From NCBI GenBank assembly GCA_963799845.1, contig CAWCYI010000006.1:320001-384000 (forward strand): a stretch of DNA of 64,000 nucleotides, written 5' to 3'. Position 1 is the first letter of the stretch, and each line of letters opens with the position of its first letter. The notes beneath the pieces were generated by a model. That model was not told where the DNA came from. It searched no databases and worked only from the letters and a program-made list of their open reading frames with translations. This document shows positions 10,374 through 19,530 of the stretch, in pieces. The stretch is from an uncultured Nitrososphaerota archaeon. Its GTDB lineage: Archaea; Thermoproteota; Nitrososphaeria; Nitrososphaerales; CADDZS01. The position numbers were made by a program, and so were the translations under genes.

Positions 10374-11323
10374 TTGCGAGCTCGAAAGGAATGTTCCCCA
10401 AGAAACAAGAAAAACAAGAATTATAGATCTTTCACATATCCACAGTCAGGATTTAATCTCGTGCAGAATCCAAAAGGGCACAAGCTCTATCTCTCCGGAA
10501 TAGGTGAAGTAAGATCATTCTTTCACAGGCCCATGCTGGGATGCGTGAACAGGCTCACAATCAAGCGAGACGCTGGCGAGTGGTATGCGGTGTTCTTGAC
10601 CGAGAAGAAAGACGCGAAACTGCAAAACATTCACGACATTAGAGACGGCAGGGTTAGGGCGTTGATGTGGGACTGGAAAAATTCGTCGTTCAGGACGACT
10701 CGAGCTCGAAGGAGTACCCAAGATTTCTACGCAAATCAGAGCACAAGATTAAGCATTTACAGAAACACATCTCGAGAAAGAGGAGTGGATCAAAGCGTTG
10801 GAGGAGACTTGCGTTTAGGTTGGCGAGATTGCATCTACACGTGAAAAGAGAGCGGGAGGACTATCAGAACAAGCTGGTTTCAACTCTCCTGAACAGAGAC
10901 ACCGATCTTTTGGTGTTGGAGAAACTGTCAATGGGTAGCATGCTGCAAAACCACTCTCTCGCGAAATCCCTGGCTGATGCATCCTTCGGAAGGTTTGCCG
11001 TAAAGTGCATCAACAAAGCAAAGATGCTTGGAAAGCGCGTCATGTTCGTGGATCCTTGGGGCACGAGTCAGTTCTGCTACAACTGTTTGGGTGGGTTCCG
11101 AAGGATCTTTCTCAAAGGGAGCATACCTGTCCCAAGTGCCCTGTCGATATACCTAGAGACCTCAATTCGGCTAGACTGATCAAATGGCTTGGAATCCAAA
11201 GAAGCCCGCCCTCGGACGGAGGGTCGTCACCCGCAGAGTCTTTGCCCCTACCATCTCTTCGGAGAATGGCAAGCAAGCGCGTTGAAGCGGGAAGCCAACA
11301 TCTTAGATGTTAGAGGACGTCAC
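10374..11323 (+). mobile_element. tnpB: 5'-truncated IS200/IS605-family element with frameshifted TnpB and intact right end
   Basis: YRSFTYPQSGF, RuvC-I GVDVGL, RuvC-II VLEKL, TSQFCYNC..CPKC, RDLNSA over three frames; right end GGAAGCC-AACATC-TTA-GATGTT-AGAGGACGTCAC ending at 11323. Confidence 0.88.
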
Positions 11324-11343
11324 ATCTTTAAGCGAGGGCTGCA
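11165..11343 (+). ncRNA. Putative TnpB omegaRNA/reRNA (scaffold plus flank-derived guide)
   Basis: Position inferred from TnpB biology (tnpB 3' end to TCAC right end plus about 20 nt of flank); terminal hairpin seen, boundaries approximate. Confidence 0.5.
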
Positions 11344-11417
11344 TTCCTTCCCAGGTACGCTTGGAAGTGGGAGGTCTGTGGTGGCCACTAAGCAAATTGG
11401 GCGTTTTTTACTCAGTT

Positions 11418-12962
11418 TTACTGTTCGTCTTTCGAATTTTCGGAGGGAAGTTTTTCATCCGTAGCTGGCCGATTACTTTGAACAGATTCCTGTCCGTACA
11501 TCTTCAGCATCTCACGGATTACTTTGTCAGTTGTTTCTTTGTACTCTTCCTTATTCTTGATGCCTAGCAAATCAACAAATCCCTCTGCAACGAAGCTCAT
11601 GAGAGTAAGATCCCTATACATGCCAGGGATAGTCGCTAGCTGCGAAACATGCGGATGTGACAAATTCAGAATAATCGAATCCTGAGTTGTCATTACTGGT
11701 AGATCAGAGGGGCTCAGTTGAGCTTCTTTGATAGTTCCGAAGGCCGTTCTTGCTGCTCTTATCTCGCGGGGTAACCTGGGAGTTCCTGTAATTATTTTGA
11801 TCTGCCTTACCTTTTCCTTGCCCTTTGTGGGGAGTGCGACCTGAAATTGAGATGCAGCGAGCTGTTGCTCGTTCAAGACTTTGTATTCCGCAGGGAGTGA
11901 TATCTCTACAGTCGCAAGGGCTCTCTCCAAGACTTTTGCAAGTTTGTTCAGCGATTTCTGTACTAGTACATTGGAATAATGTGGAGTGTCCGGAATATCG
12001 TCAACGAGAGAATCAATCGCTTTCTTGAATTTGTGGTACATATCGTCTTCAACGTATGCACTTCTCCCCGTGACCAAAGTGAGATCTGTGTTGACAAATC
12101 CAGTAAGTGTCGGTCTCTTTGATATAACCTCGCGCTTCACCAATACTCCCCTGTTGTAAAATCGGATTGGTTTTCGATCTTCAACGCGATACGGATCAAC
12201 GAGGGTGATCGAGTATCCTTCTCCGGATCGTTCGTGCATAATTCCGGCCGGAAGCTCCGGGGCAATGGCTTCGTTCCCATTAACGAGAATCCTAAATTGC
12301 CAAGTCAGGAGAGGCGCGAAGGCAATGCTCACGTATTCGTAAAGTTTTGCGACGCTGAACGACTTGCGCAACTTTCGAAGATAGACCCTGGTACCATAAG
12401 TCAAGAACTCTCCCGCATCTTCAACCTCGATGGGCTCGCCTGTATCTATCGAACTTCTGATCAATTCGTCCGTCAGATGAACCTTCCACGTCCGCGGCCC
12501 TGGCCGAGAATAAACGTCAATCTCGCGAGCTATTTTGAACACTGAGAGGAAGCCGAGACCCTTTTCTCCTATGAAGAGCCTCCCGGAGTCGGAGGTTCCT
12601 TTATTCTGCTGTCTTTTCTCCGTCATTCCCTTCGTAAGAAAAGAGTTAAAGTCAGAAATGCCGTAGCCATCATCATCGATAAAACAACTATGTTCATTTT
12701 CGATTTCTATTCGAACTTTGTACGCATTGGCATCGTAACTGTTAGCGATTAGTTCTCGGAATGGATCATAGACGCTAGCATACGCTTTGTCCATAAGCTC
12801 GTCCATAATGCCTGAGCTAAGACGCACCCGAACGCTCTGTTTCTCAATAGGTTGAGTCTCATCGCTCGGTTTGCCAGCATATTTTGCCGCTTGCAACTTA
12901 TCTGACCGCTTCTCTAGCGGCTCATCCTTGTTGGTTGATATAGCGGGAAGGGTCGAATCCAA
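11418..12962 (-). CDS. GHKL (MORC/Hsp90/MutL-like, HATPase_c_3) ATPase
   Basis: RELIANSYDA (N-box), DDDGYGI (G1), IGEKGLGFLS (G2), GTRVYL; about 300 aa of C-terminal extension. Confidence 0.8.
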   Translation of the reverse strand: MDSTLPAISTNKDEPLEKRSDKLQAAKYAGKPSDETQPIEKQSVRVRLSSGIMDELMDKAYASVYDPFRELIANSYDANAYKVRIEIENEHSCFIDDDGYGISDFNSFLTKGMTEKRQQNKGTSDSGRLFIGEKGLGFLSVFKIAREIDVYSRPGPRTWKVHLTDELIRSSIDTGEPIEVEDAGEFLTYGTRVYLRKLRKSFSVAKLYEYVSIAFAPLLTWQFRILVNGNEAIAPELPAGIMHERSGEGYSITLVDPYRVEDRKPIRFYNRGVLVKREVISKRPTLTGFVNTDLTLVTGRSAYVEDDMYHKFKKAIDSLVDDIPDTPHYSNVLVQKSLNKLAKVLERALATVEISLPAEYKVLNEQQLAASQFQVALPTKGKEKVRQIKIITGTPRLPREIRAARTAFGTIKEAQLSPSDLPVMTTQDSIILNLSHPHVSQLATIPGMYRDLTLMSFVAEGFVDLLGIKNKEEYKETTDKVIREMLKMYGQESVQSNRPATDEKLPSENSKDEQ

Positions 12963-13111
12963 TTCACTCCAAGGTCAGTTTTTCTCGCAAAATTTGGCCT
13001 GAATAGCAGATCAGGCCAAAACCGAGTAAAAAACCCTACTGTGAAATTCGAAGAAAATAAGCGGCTCTAAGGTCGATCCACGCTTGGCCAGCTGGCATTC
13101 TCAGGCCTGCG

Positions 13112-15212
13112 TTAATCGCTCAGGGCATTGGCTAGTTCATGCTCGTTCGATGACGGCAGTTTGCATGCGAAATTTGAGCATACGAAGACTCGTGTCCTGC
13201 TACCTGACTCGTAAAGCCGATCTTGAACCATTGGAGAAATGCTCTCAATTTCCTTCTCTGCGAAAATTAAGACGGAGTTGGGGAGAAACTTGTTTCTAAT
13301 TACGGAAATCAAAGTCCTTGTTTCTGACGAGCCTTTCTTACCGGAGATGACAATTTCTTTCGGCTTATCGAGGAGAAATTCGAGCCCTACAAGCATTTCG
13401 GTAAAAGACGAGGGCTGTCGGGTTATCGGCTCCCAAAAAGCGAGGAAAGTATCTGCAGCGCAAGTTCTGAATTCTTCCTTTGTTGTGAACTCCGCCAGCC
13501 GAAGACAAACAAGCGCCGCTACCGAATTTCCAGAAGGCAGGGCGCCATCGAAACCATCCTTTGCCCTAACAATAAGATCAGCATCTCCTTCTCCAGTCTG
13601 GAAAAACCCTCCGGAGTTTTTATCATAGAAACTCGATATCATCGTCTTAGCTATCACCAGCGCCTTTTCCAGATATTTCGGATTAAATCCGGCTTCGTAG
13701 AGATCAATAAGCCCGTTTGCGAAAAAAGAGTAGTCCTCCAAGACAGACTTCGCCTTTGGATTCTCCGAGCCTGAATCTCCTCAACAGCCTGATGCCTTCG
13801 CCTGAATCACTTTCATTAAGATTTGCAAGCAAGAATTCGGCGCAGAAGACTGCCGAGGCAAGGTAACTCTCGTCGCCCAGAATCTGATACGCTTTGCTTA
13901 AGGCGGAGATCATCAGCCCGTTCCAGCCGGTCAGAATTTTGTCATCTGTGGGAGGCTTCGGCCGACGCATGCGGTGTTCCAATAGAACCTTCTTTGCCTT
14001 GGCGATCAGAGCACGTAGCTGGTCAGGATCAAGTCCGTCAGCGGTCGACTGATTCACCGGTCTGGAAGTTAGAATCGTTCTTCCTCCCTCGAAATTCCCA
14101 TCAGCCGTGACGCCGAAATATCTCGTGATCGCTGGGGACTCTTTCTCAGTGATCCCAGCTAACGAAAGCACCTTCGTCATTTCATCAAGAGTCCAAGAAT
14201 AATACGAACCCTCTCCTTCAGGGCTGTCGGCATCCTGCCCCGAATAAAATCCTCCCTCTTTGCTCCGCATTTCCCTCATCGCCCAATCAATGGTTTCCCT
14301 TACTATCCGGGAGTACTCCTCATTTCTTGTGATCAGGAATCCCTCGGAATACGAGATGATCAAAAGAGCGTTATCATAAAGCATCTTTTCAAAGTGCGGA
14401 ACAAGCCAGTATCTATCGGTGGAATATCGATGGAATCCGCCGCCAACCTGATCATAAATACCGCCCCTCATCATCGAGTCCAGAGTCTTCGAGACAGCGC
14501 TTAATGCTAGGGCAGAATTCTTCTCGTAGTAATAACGAGAGAGGAAAAAAAGGATCGATGGCGTCGGAAATTTCGGCGAATCGCCAAATCCGCCGTACCT
14601 TTCATCGAACGACCCCATAAGCGCCTCGTAGCACTCGTCGATAGGTGCCCAATTTAGCTTAGAATCTGGGCTTTTCTTAAAGTCGTACGACTCTCTGAGA
14701 GAACCTTTCATTTGGGTCGCCGAGTCTACAATTTTCTTCCTTTCTGATTTCCACGATTGAGAAATACTTCGTAGGACGTTCGAAAAGCTAGGCATCCCGT
14801 ATCGAGGAGTAGGAGGGAAGTAAGTCCCACCGTAAAAGGGGTCGAGGGAGGGCGTCAAGAATACGCTCATCGGCCAGCCGCCGGAACCGGTCATCGCAAC
14901 GACTGCCTTCATGTAAATCTCGTCAACGTCGGGCCTCTCCTCCCTGTCCACCTTGATGCTGACGAAATTCTCATTGAGCAATTTTGCGATTTCGGGATCT
15001 TCGAGTGACTCCCTTCGAAACACATGGCACCAGTGGCATGAAGAATAACCTATGCTGAGAAAGATAGGTTTGTTCTCGTGTTTAGCCTTTTCAAACGCTT
15101 CTTTGCCCCAGGGATACCAATCAACTGGGTTATAGGCGTGTTCTAGGAGATAGGGACTTTTCTCATTTATGAGACGGTTAGCTTTCTTATTGGATTCATT
15201 ACTCTGTGTCAT
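13112..15212 (-). CDS. yyaL: Thioredoxin-domain protein YyaL/SPATA20 family (one indel near 13745)
   Basis: [81 protein letters not shown]; ATG at 15212 overlaps the upstream TGA. Confidence 0.92.
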
Positions 15213-16087
15213 TGATCGCAACCCGTTTTCTGCAACCATCTATACACTGTCCGAGAAGATCTTTTAGAAGCCAAAGCGATCTCATCATTACTATGACCTC
15301 GCTCTTTCATCTTTCGTGCAGATAAGATCATCCCATCAAAGATCTGCTTTTTCAATTGTCTTCTTTCCTGTCTGAAAGTGTAGGCGACCTCGGCCTCTTT
15401 GACAAACCTGTCACGTTCCACGCGAATCTCGTTTCGAAATGATCTGTAGACTGGCGCGGCTGAGCTCCAGTGCAGGTTACTCATTGCTTCAGCAAGCCTA
15501 GAGGCATTGACTTTTTCTTCATGCCTTAACCGAAGTTCAGACAATATTTTGATTGCTTCCAAGCCGCTCGCAGAAAGTAGGTAATAATCCTTCTTCCACT
15601 GATCGACTACCTTACAGATTCCTACGCTCATACCTCTCTTACCGAGTCCTTGTTTAAACAATTCCAGAATTGCTTTGTTTCTGTTTGAAAGTCCGAAAAC
15701 TACGCGGGTTTTTCCGCGCGCATCCCGAACTGCTATGTGACCTTCAGCGTCCGTGAATCCTGAAAGTGCGGCGTAGAACAACGAATCCTTCTCTAAATCT
15801 TCTCGACACAGGTGTTCTCGCCGGTTCAGAAGGTAGGAATAAGAATCATCAAGATCGCACACTATTCGCCAGCAATAGCCTGATCTAGTTCGGCATGGAT
15901 AGATAATCGGATGGCAAGCCTTTTCGAATAAACCATTCACTAATAGGAGCTGAGCGCGATGGGTAGTACTGACCGATACCCTAATTTTTCTGCCATGCCG
16001 ATTTGTCCCGAGATCGCCGAGAGCAAAAAATGTAATATATTTTTTGTCGATGCTATCTGCAGTTTTTACCTCGGCTTCGCTTGACAT
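15209..16087 (-). CDS. Free-standing double-motif LAGLIDADG homing endonuclease-like protein with C-terminal HTH
   Basis: Motif 1 (degenerate) [11 protein letters not shown], motif 2 [14 protein letters not shown]-terminal [25 protein letters not shown]; likely start MSSE at 16087. Confidence 0.8.
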   Translation of the reverse strand: MSSEAEVKTADSIDKKYITFFALGDLGTNRHGRKIRVSVSTTHRAQLLLVNGLFEKACHPIIYPCRTRSGYCWRIVCDLDDSYSYLLNRREHLCREDLEKDSLFYAALSGFTDAEGHIAVRDARGKTRVVFGLSNRNKAILELFKQGLGKRGMSVGICKVVDQWKKDYYLLSASGLEAIKILSELRLRHEEKVNASRLAEAMSNLHWSSAAPVYRSFRNEIRVERDRFVKEAEVAYTFRQERRQLKKQIFDGMILSARKMKERGHSNDEIALASKRSSRTVYRWLQKTGCDQ

Positions 16088-16267
16088 TCTGGAACACATT
16101 CGTTGGTTGAGAATTCTGTCCTATTCTTCGATTGCTTCACAGCTAAAAATCCAATAGCGGACAGAAAATTAACTACTAGGTTGATTTGAAGCGAGTATTC
16201 TGATTGAAAAAGTCCATGAGATGGCCTCATTAGCGATCTATCTGGAATACAACTTTTTCCCAAGTAT

Positions 16268-16462
16268 GCACCAGTGGCATGACTAGTATCCAATGCTCAG
16301 AAAGATCGGCTTGTTTTCGCGTTTTGCCTTTTCGAATGCCTCCTTGCCCCAGGGAAACCACTCGACGGGATTGTAGGCGTGTTGCTGAAGATAAGGACTC
16401 TTTTCGTTGATTAAATGGTTGGGCTTTGATTTCTCGGCCGGAGAATGCTTTTCTTCTGACAG
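16268..16462 (-). pseudogene. yyaL: Orphan 5' fragment of yyaL ending at CHWC, with in-frame TAG
   Basis: Manual translation [52 protein letters not shown], then unrelated sequence; not in the ORF track. Confidence 0.92.
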
Positions 16463-16672
16463 ATGGATAATACCTTCTCTAAAATAAGCCAGAAGGAGAA
16501 TTCGTGTTTTAATTCTTGTGTCAGAAAAAACAGTGCAAAGATTGGATAATAATCTGCCAAAGACTCCAAACAGTGTAGCATATTTTTGGTCCGTCTATTG
16601 AGACCTTAAATTCTAGTTCCCATTGATTCATAAAGAAAAAAAATCGGTTTTGTCAAGTCTTCGTCAATTCTC

Positions 16673-17290
16673 CTAGATTTTGTTGCTGTCAAAATTCGTC
16701 AGCTGTCCCAAGTCATTCGGTTGCAACCCCTTTTTGTTAATTTTCTCTAGCGAAAAAACAGACAGGTATTGAAAAGTGTCGAGCCCTAGTTCAACGAGTC
16801 TATCTTCGGTTGTTTTCCCTATAAAGAAATTTGGCTTTCTCCATGAGGACTCTATATTTTTGACCGTTGCAATGATTGACTGATTAAGTTCATTCTCTCC
16901 CAAAAGATTGTGGGCGTATTGGTTTCGTATTCTCTGGAAACATCGAATGTTCTTAACGAGCTTGGAATCAGACTCTAGAATATCCAAAGCTTCTAGGATT
17001 TTCAGCTTATTTTCAAAAGAACCGATATTTTCATCATCGATTATGAGTTTTGGATTTGGAAAAGAGTGCTTGATCATTTCATTAATCCAATATTCTATGT
17101 ATAGATGGATTAGGAGTGCCTTCGATCTCAAATCAGAGACACGGTTAATGTCAGCATTAAATCTACTGAAGATACCTGAAAAAGTCGAGCTCTTGTGTTT
17201 CTTCAGCGGTTTGGCTTTCGCATTTCCTTTAGACAAAATATTCCAAACTCCCCTTGTTTTTGGGTTTCTTTGCTTCGTTAACTTTGGCAT
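16673..17290 (-). CDS. HEPN-domain (MtlR-like) protein
   Basis: HLYIE helix, GSFENKLKILEALD, and Rx4H motif RNQYAH. Confidence 0.6.
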   Translation of the reverse strand: MPKLTKQRNPKTRGVWNILSKGNAKAKPLKKHKSSTFSGIFSRFNADINRVSDLRSKALLIHLYIEYWINEMIKHSFPNPKLIIDDENIGSFENKLKILEALDILESDSKLVKNIRCFQRIRNQYAHNLLGENELNQSIIATVKNIESSWRKPNFFIGKTTEDRLVELGLDTFQYLSVFSLEKINKKGLQPNDLGQLTNFDSNKI

Positions 17291-17414
17291 TCTGAATGAA
17301 TGTTATCCACTTGACTGACTCCTAAGGCTTGCTGCAAGGCTGTCCCTTCGCCTCGCGACTCCAGTCAGTGTTGGAGTCGCTACTTGTTCGTTCGCAAAAT
17401 GAGGTGTAGGAGAA

Positions 17415-18539
17415 ATGATGAGAAATAAGAGTAAGAAGATTATTCGAAGAAGTATGAGTAGCAATTGCGTAATCGCAGGAATTGACCTGGGCGATAGTAG
17501 CAGCCTTGCAACCGTTCTCTCTCCAGTCGGAGAGATCGCAGACAGGTTCTCCTTCCAGATGGATGAAGCGGGGTACGCCCTGTTCTCAGACAGAATTCCA
17601 AGGGATGCGAGGTTAGCTTTTGAAGCTACGAGCTCGGCATATCCGTTCTCAAGAATGCTCAAGGAACTAGGATACCACGACATAACTGTAGCTCATCCTA
17701 CTGAACTTGCCTGGATCGTCAGATCAAAGAAAAAGAATGATAGAGCTGATAGCTTAAAGATAGCCAAGCTCCATCTAGCGGGTCTGTTGCCCGAATCTCA
17801 TCTTTTGGCTCAAGAGGAGCAGATAGAAAGAGACCTCTTGATTCAGAGGGTAAAGCTCGGATCAGAGATAGGTAAAATCAAGAGCAGGATCATAAGCTAT
17901 CTCAAGAGGGAAGGAGTGTTCGAATCTCTCCCGAAGAGCAAAGATAACTTCTCTGCTAGAAGGAGGGTTGCAATCGCCTCAATGAAATTCAACGATGACA
18001 GAGACCTCGTGCTGAAAACCATGGTTGAGAGACTCGAATTCATGGAGAAGCAGTGCGAGCCGTTGGAGCAGAGGATAATGAAGAACGCGAAGGACAACAA
18101 ATACGTCAGGATGATAATGTCTATTCCTGGCATAGATTACTACCTCGCTTCGCTATATTCTTCGTACATCGGAGATCCACATCGCTTTCCGTCTTTTGAT
18201 CACGTCGCAAGCTTCCTCGGGATAATTCCAGAGAGCAAGGATAGTGCAAACGTCAGGAGGAGAGGAAGAATGTCCAAGGACGGACCTTCCATTGCGAGAT
18301 GGGCTCTGGGCATAATGACCGACACGGTGCTGCTCTACAATCCGAATATCAAGGTATACTACAACGGCGTCAAGCAGAGGACGGGTCGCGGGAGCTACGC
18401 CCATGTGCTAGTGATGAAGAAGTTAGCTCGCATGATCCATCACATGATGATTACGGAGGAGAACTACAAGTGGGAGAACGAGGCGCTAACAGAAGCAAAG
18501 ATCTCAAGACTCGATGCCGCTGGAGGTGAATCAGCCTAG
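17415..18539 (+). CDS. IS110-family DEDD recombinase/transposase
   Basis: GIDLG, FEAT, KNDRADS (DEDD); SIPGI; FLGIIPESKDSA; MSKDG; KKLARMI. Confidence 0.93.
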   Translation: MMRNKSKKIIRRSMSSNCVIAGIDLGDSSSLATVLSPVGEIADRFSFQMDEAGYALFSDRIPRDARLAFEATSSAYPFSRMLKELGYHDITVAHPTELAWIVRSKKKNDRADSLKIAKLHLAGLLPESHLLAQEEQIERDLLIQRVKLGSEIGKIKSRIISYLKREGVFESLPKSKDNFSARRRVAIASMKFNDDRDLVLKTMVERLEFMEKQCEPLEQRIMKNAKDNKYVRMIMSIPGIDYYLASLYSSYIGDPHRFPSFDHVASFLGIIPESKDSANVRRRGRMSKDGPSIARWALGIMTDTVLLYNPNIKVYYNGVKQRTGRGSYAHVLVMKKLARMIHHMMITEENYKWENEALTEAKISRLDAAGGESA

Positions 18540-18775
18540 CGGAACAATTGGGATGGAGTTGCAGGCCGAACCATTTGGAGATAATTGAGCCATAGAGCTT
18601 TTCCATTTGAGTGTGGCGCCCCGCCTCCGTTAAATCGTCAGAATACGCCTAGCCTTGTACTAGAGCGTTTATCGAGTGTATGCGGAAAAGGTGAGGGCAG
18701 GTCTGTTCAGCTAGCCCTAGTCCAAACGCTAGCTTGATAAGCGGGATGAACGATCTCAGAGATAGAGCAGGTTAG
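18540..18775 (+). ncRNA. Candidate bridge/seek RNA of the IS110 element
   Basis: Non-coding, with hairpins (ACGC-CTAG/CTAG-AGCGT; AGCTAGC/GCTAGCT inside GTTCA/TGAAC) and short matches to the element ends. Confidence 0.55.
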
Positions 18776-19043
18776 GCGAAGGGACAGCCCTAAGCCTTAG
18801 ATGAGTGTTATCTCCTTTGATCTCAATTCCGCATTTCTCCCGAACGCGAATATCCAATGTTTATGAATCCGATTGAGACATCTTTGCGATTGATATTTGT
18901 AAGATTCCCAATATTAAGGCCATAGCTCGAAAGCTCCATTCCTGAACGGAAAATTTGAGCTGACGAAAATTTACACGGAGAAATTTGTCTCGAATTGACG
19001 AAAACTTGACAGAACCAAAAAATCTCTGCGTTCGCACACGAGG

Positions 19044-19155
19044 AGCTGTTTTCTGAGCGAAGAGCTACGTTCAAGCTCTGTAAGCTCAGAAGAGCTTGAA
19101 ACGAGCTGAACGGAGCTCAGAGAGCTCAGAACGAATTGAACGGAGGCACAAAGCT
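19044..19155. repeat. Phased AGCT array / dispersed repeat copy 1
   Basis: AGCT at 19063, 19074, 19083, 19093, 19104, 19114 and 19123; internal inverted repeat TTCAAGCTCT/AGAGCTTGAA. Confidence 0.85.
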
Positions 19156-19530
19156 GCTATAGAGGGTTACTCGACAATTGTCGAGTTGATCATTTCGTAT
19201 TGGATTTTCGAGTTTTCGAGGATGTTCTGGAAATTCACCCCTCGATTTACCAGATCATTGCTCGCGAACTATACATCAGAGCTGAATTTTCTTTGGGTTT
19301 CTGCGCGCGTGAGTAATTTTTGGCCGAATAGCTCGGTTTCAAGCTATTAAATAGAGAGGGGCCCCCTAAGGGGAGTCCTGCAACCGTGCGTGTGTACTCG
19401 TTGGATTGCTTTCTATCAGCTTGTTAAAAGCTCATCCGGCAATTCTGAGCTTGAAATGCCAAGTTATTCCACGCAATGTAATTCATAAGGAAAAAGAGAA
19501 ATTGACTCATATCAGGAAGCAAGATGGGAC

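Larger units (their letters stand above)
17331..18792 (+). mobile_element. IS110-family (IS1111-like) insertion sequence
   Basis: 16-bp subterminal inverted repeats GGCTGTCCCTTCGCCT (17338-17353) / AGGCGAAGGGACAGCC (18774-18789); about 250-nt 3' non-coding region; exact ends uncertain by a few nt. Confidence 0.85.

Noticed and set aside
16283-16285. Pyrrolysine readthrough of the TAG in the yyaL fragment
   Set aside because: It aligns to Ser (likely TCG>TAG), there are no pyl genes in the window, and the fragment is truncated anyway.
16100-16290. Intein or intron in yyaL starting at the last Cys of CHWC
   Set aside because: The frame closes after CILGKKLYSR*; there are no intein blocks or terminal HN, no convincing BHB was found, and the downstream gene is complete with its own start.
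19044-19155. CRISPR array
   Set aside because: Units are about 10 bp and degenerate, with no unique spacers and no cas genes; no CRISPR array was seen anywhere in the window.
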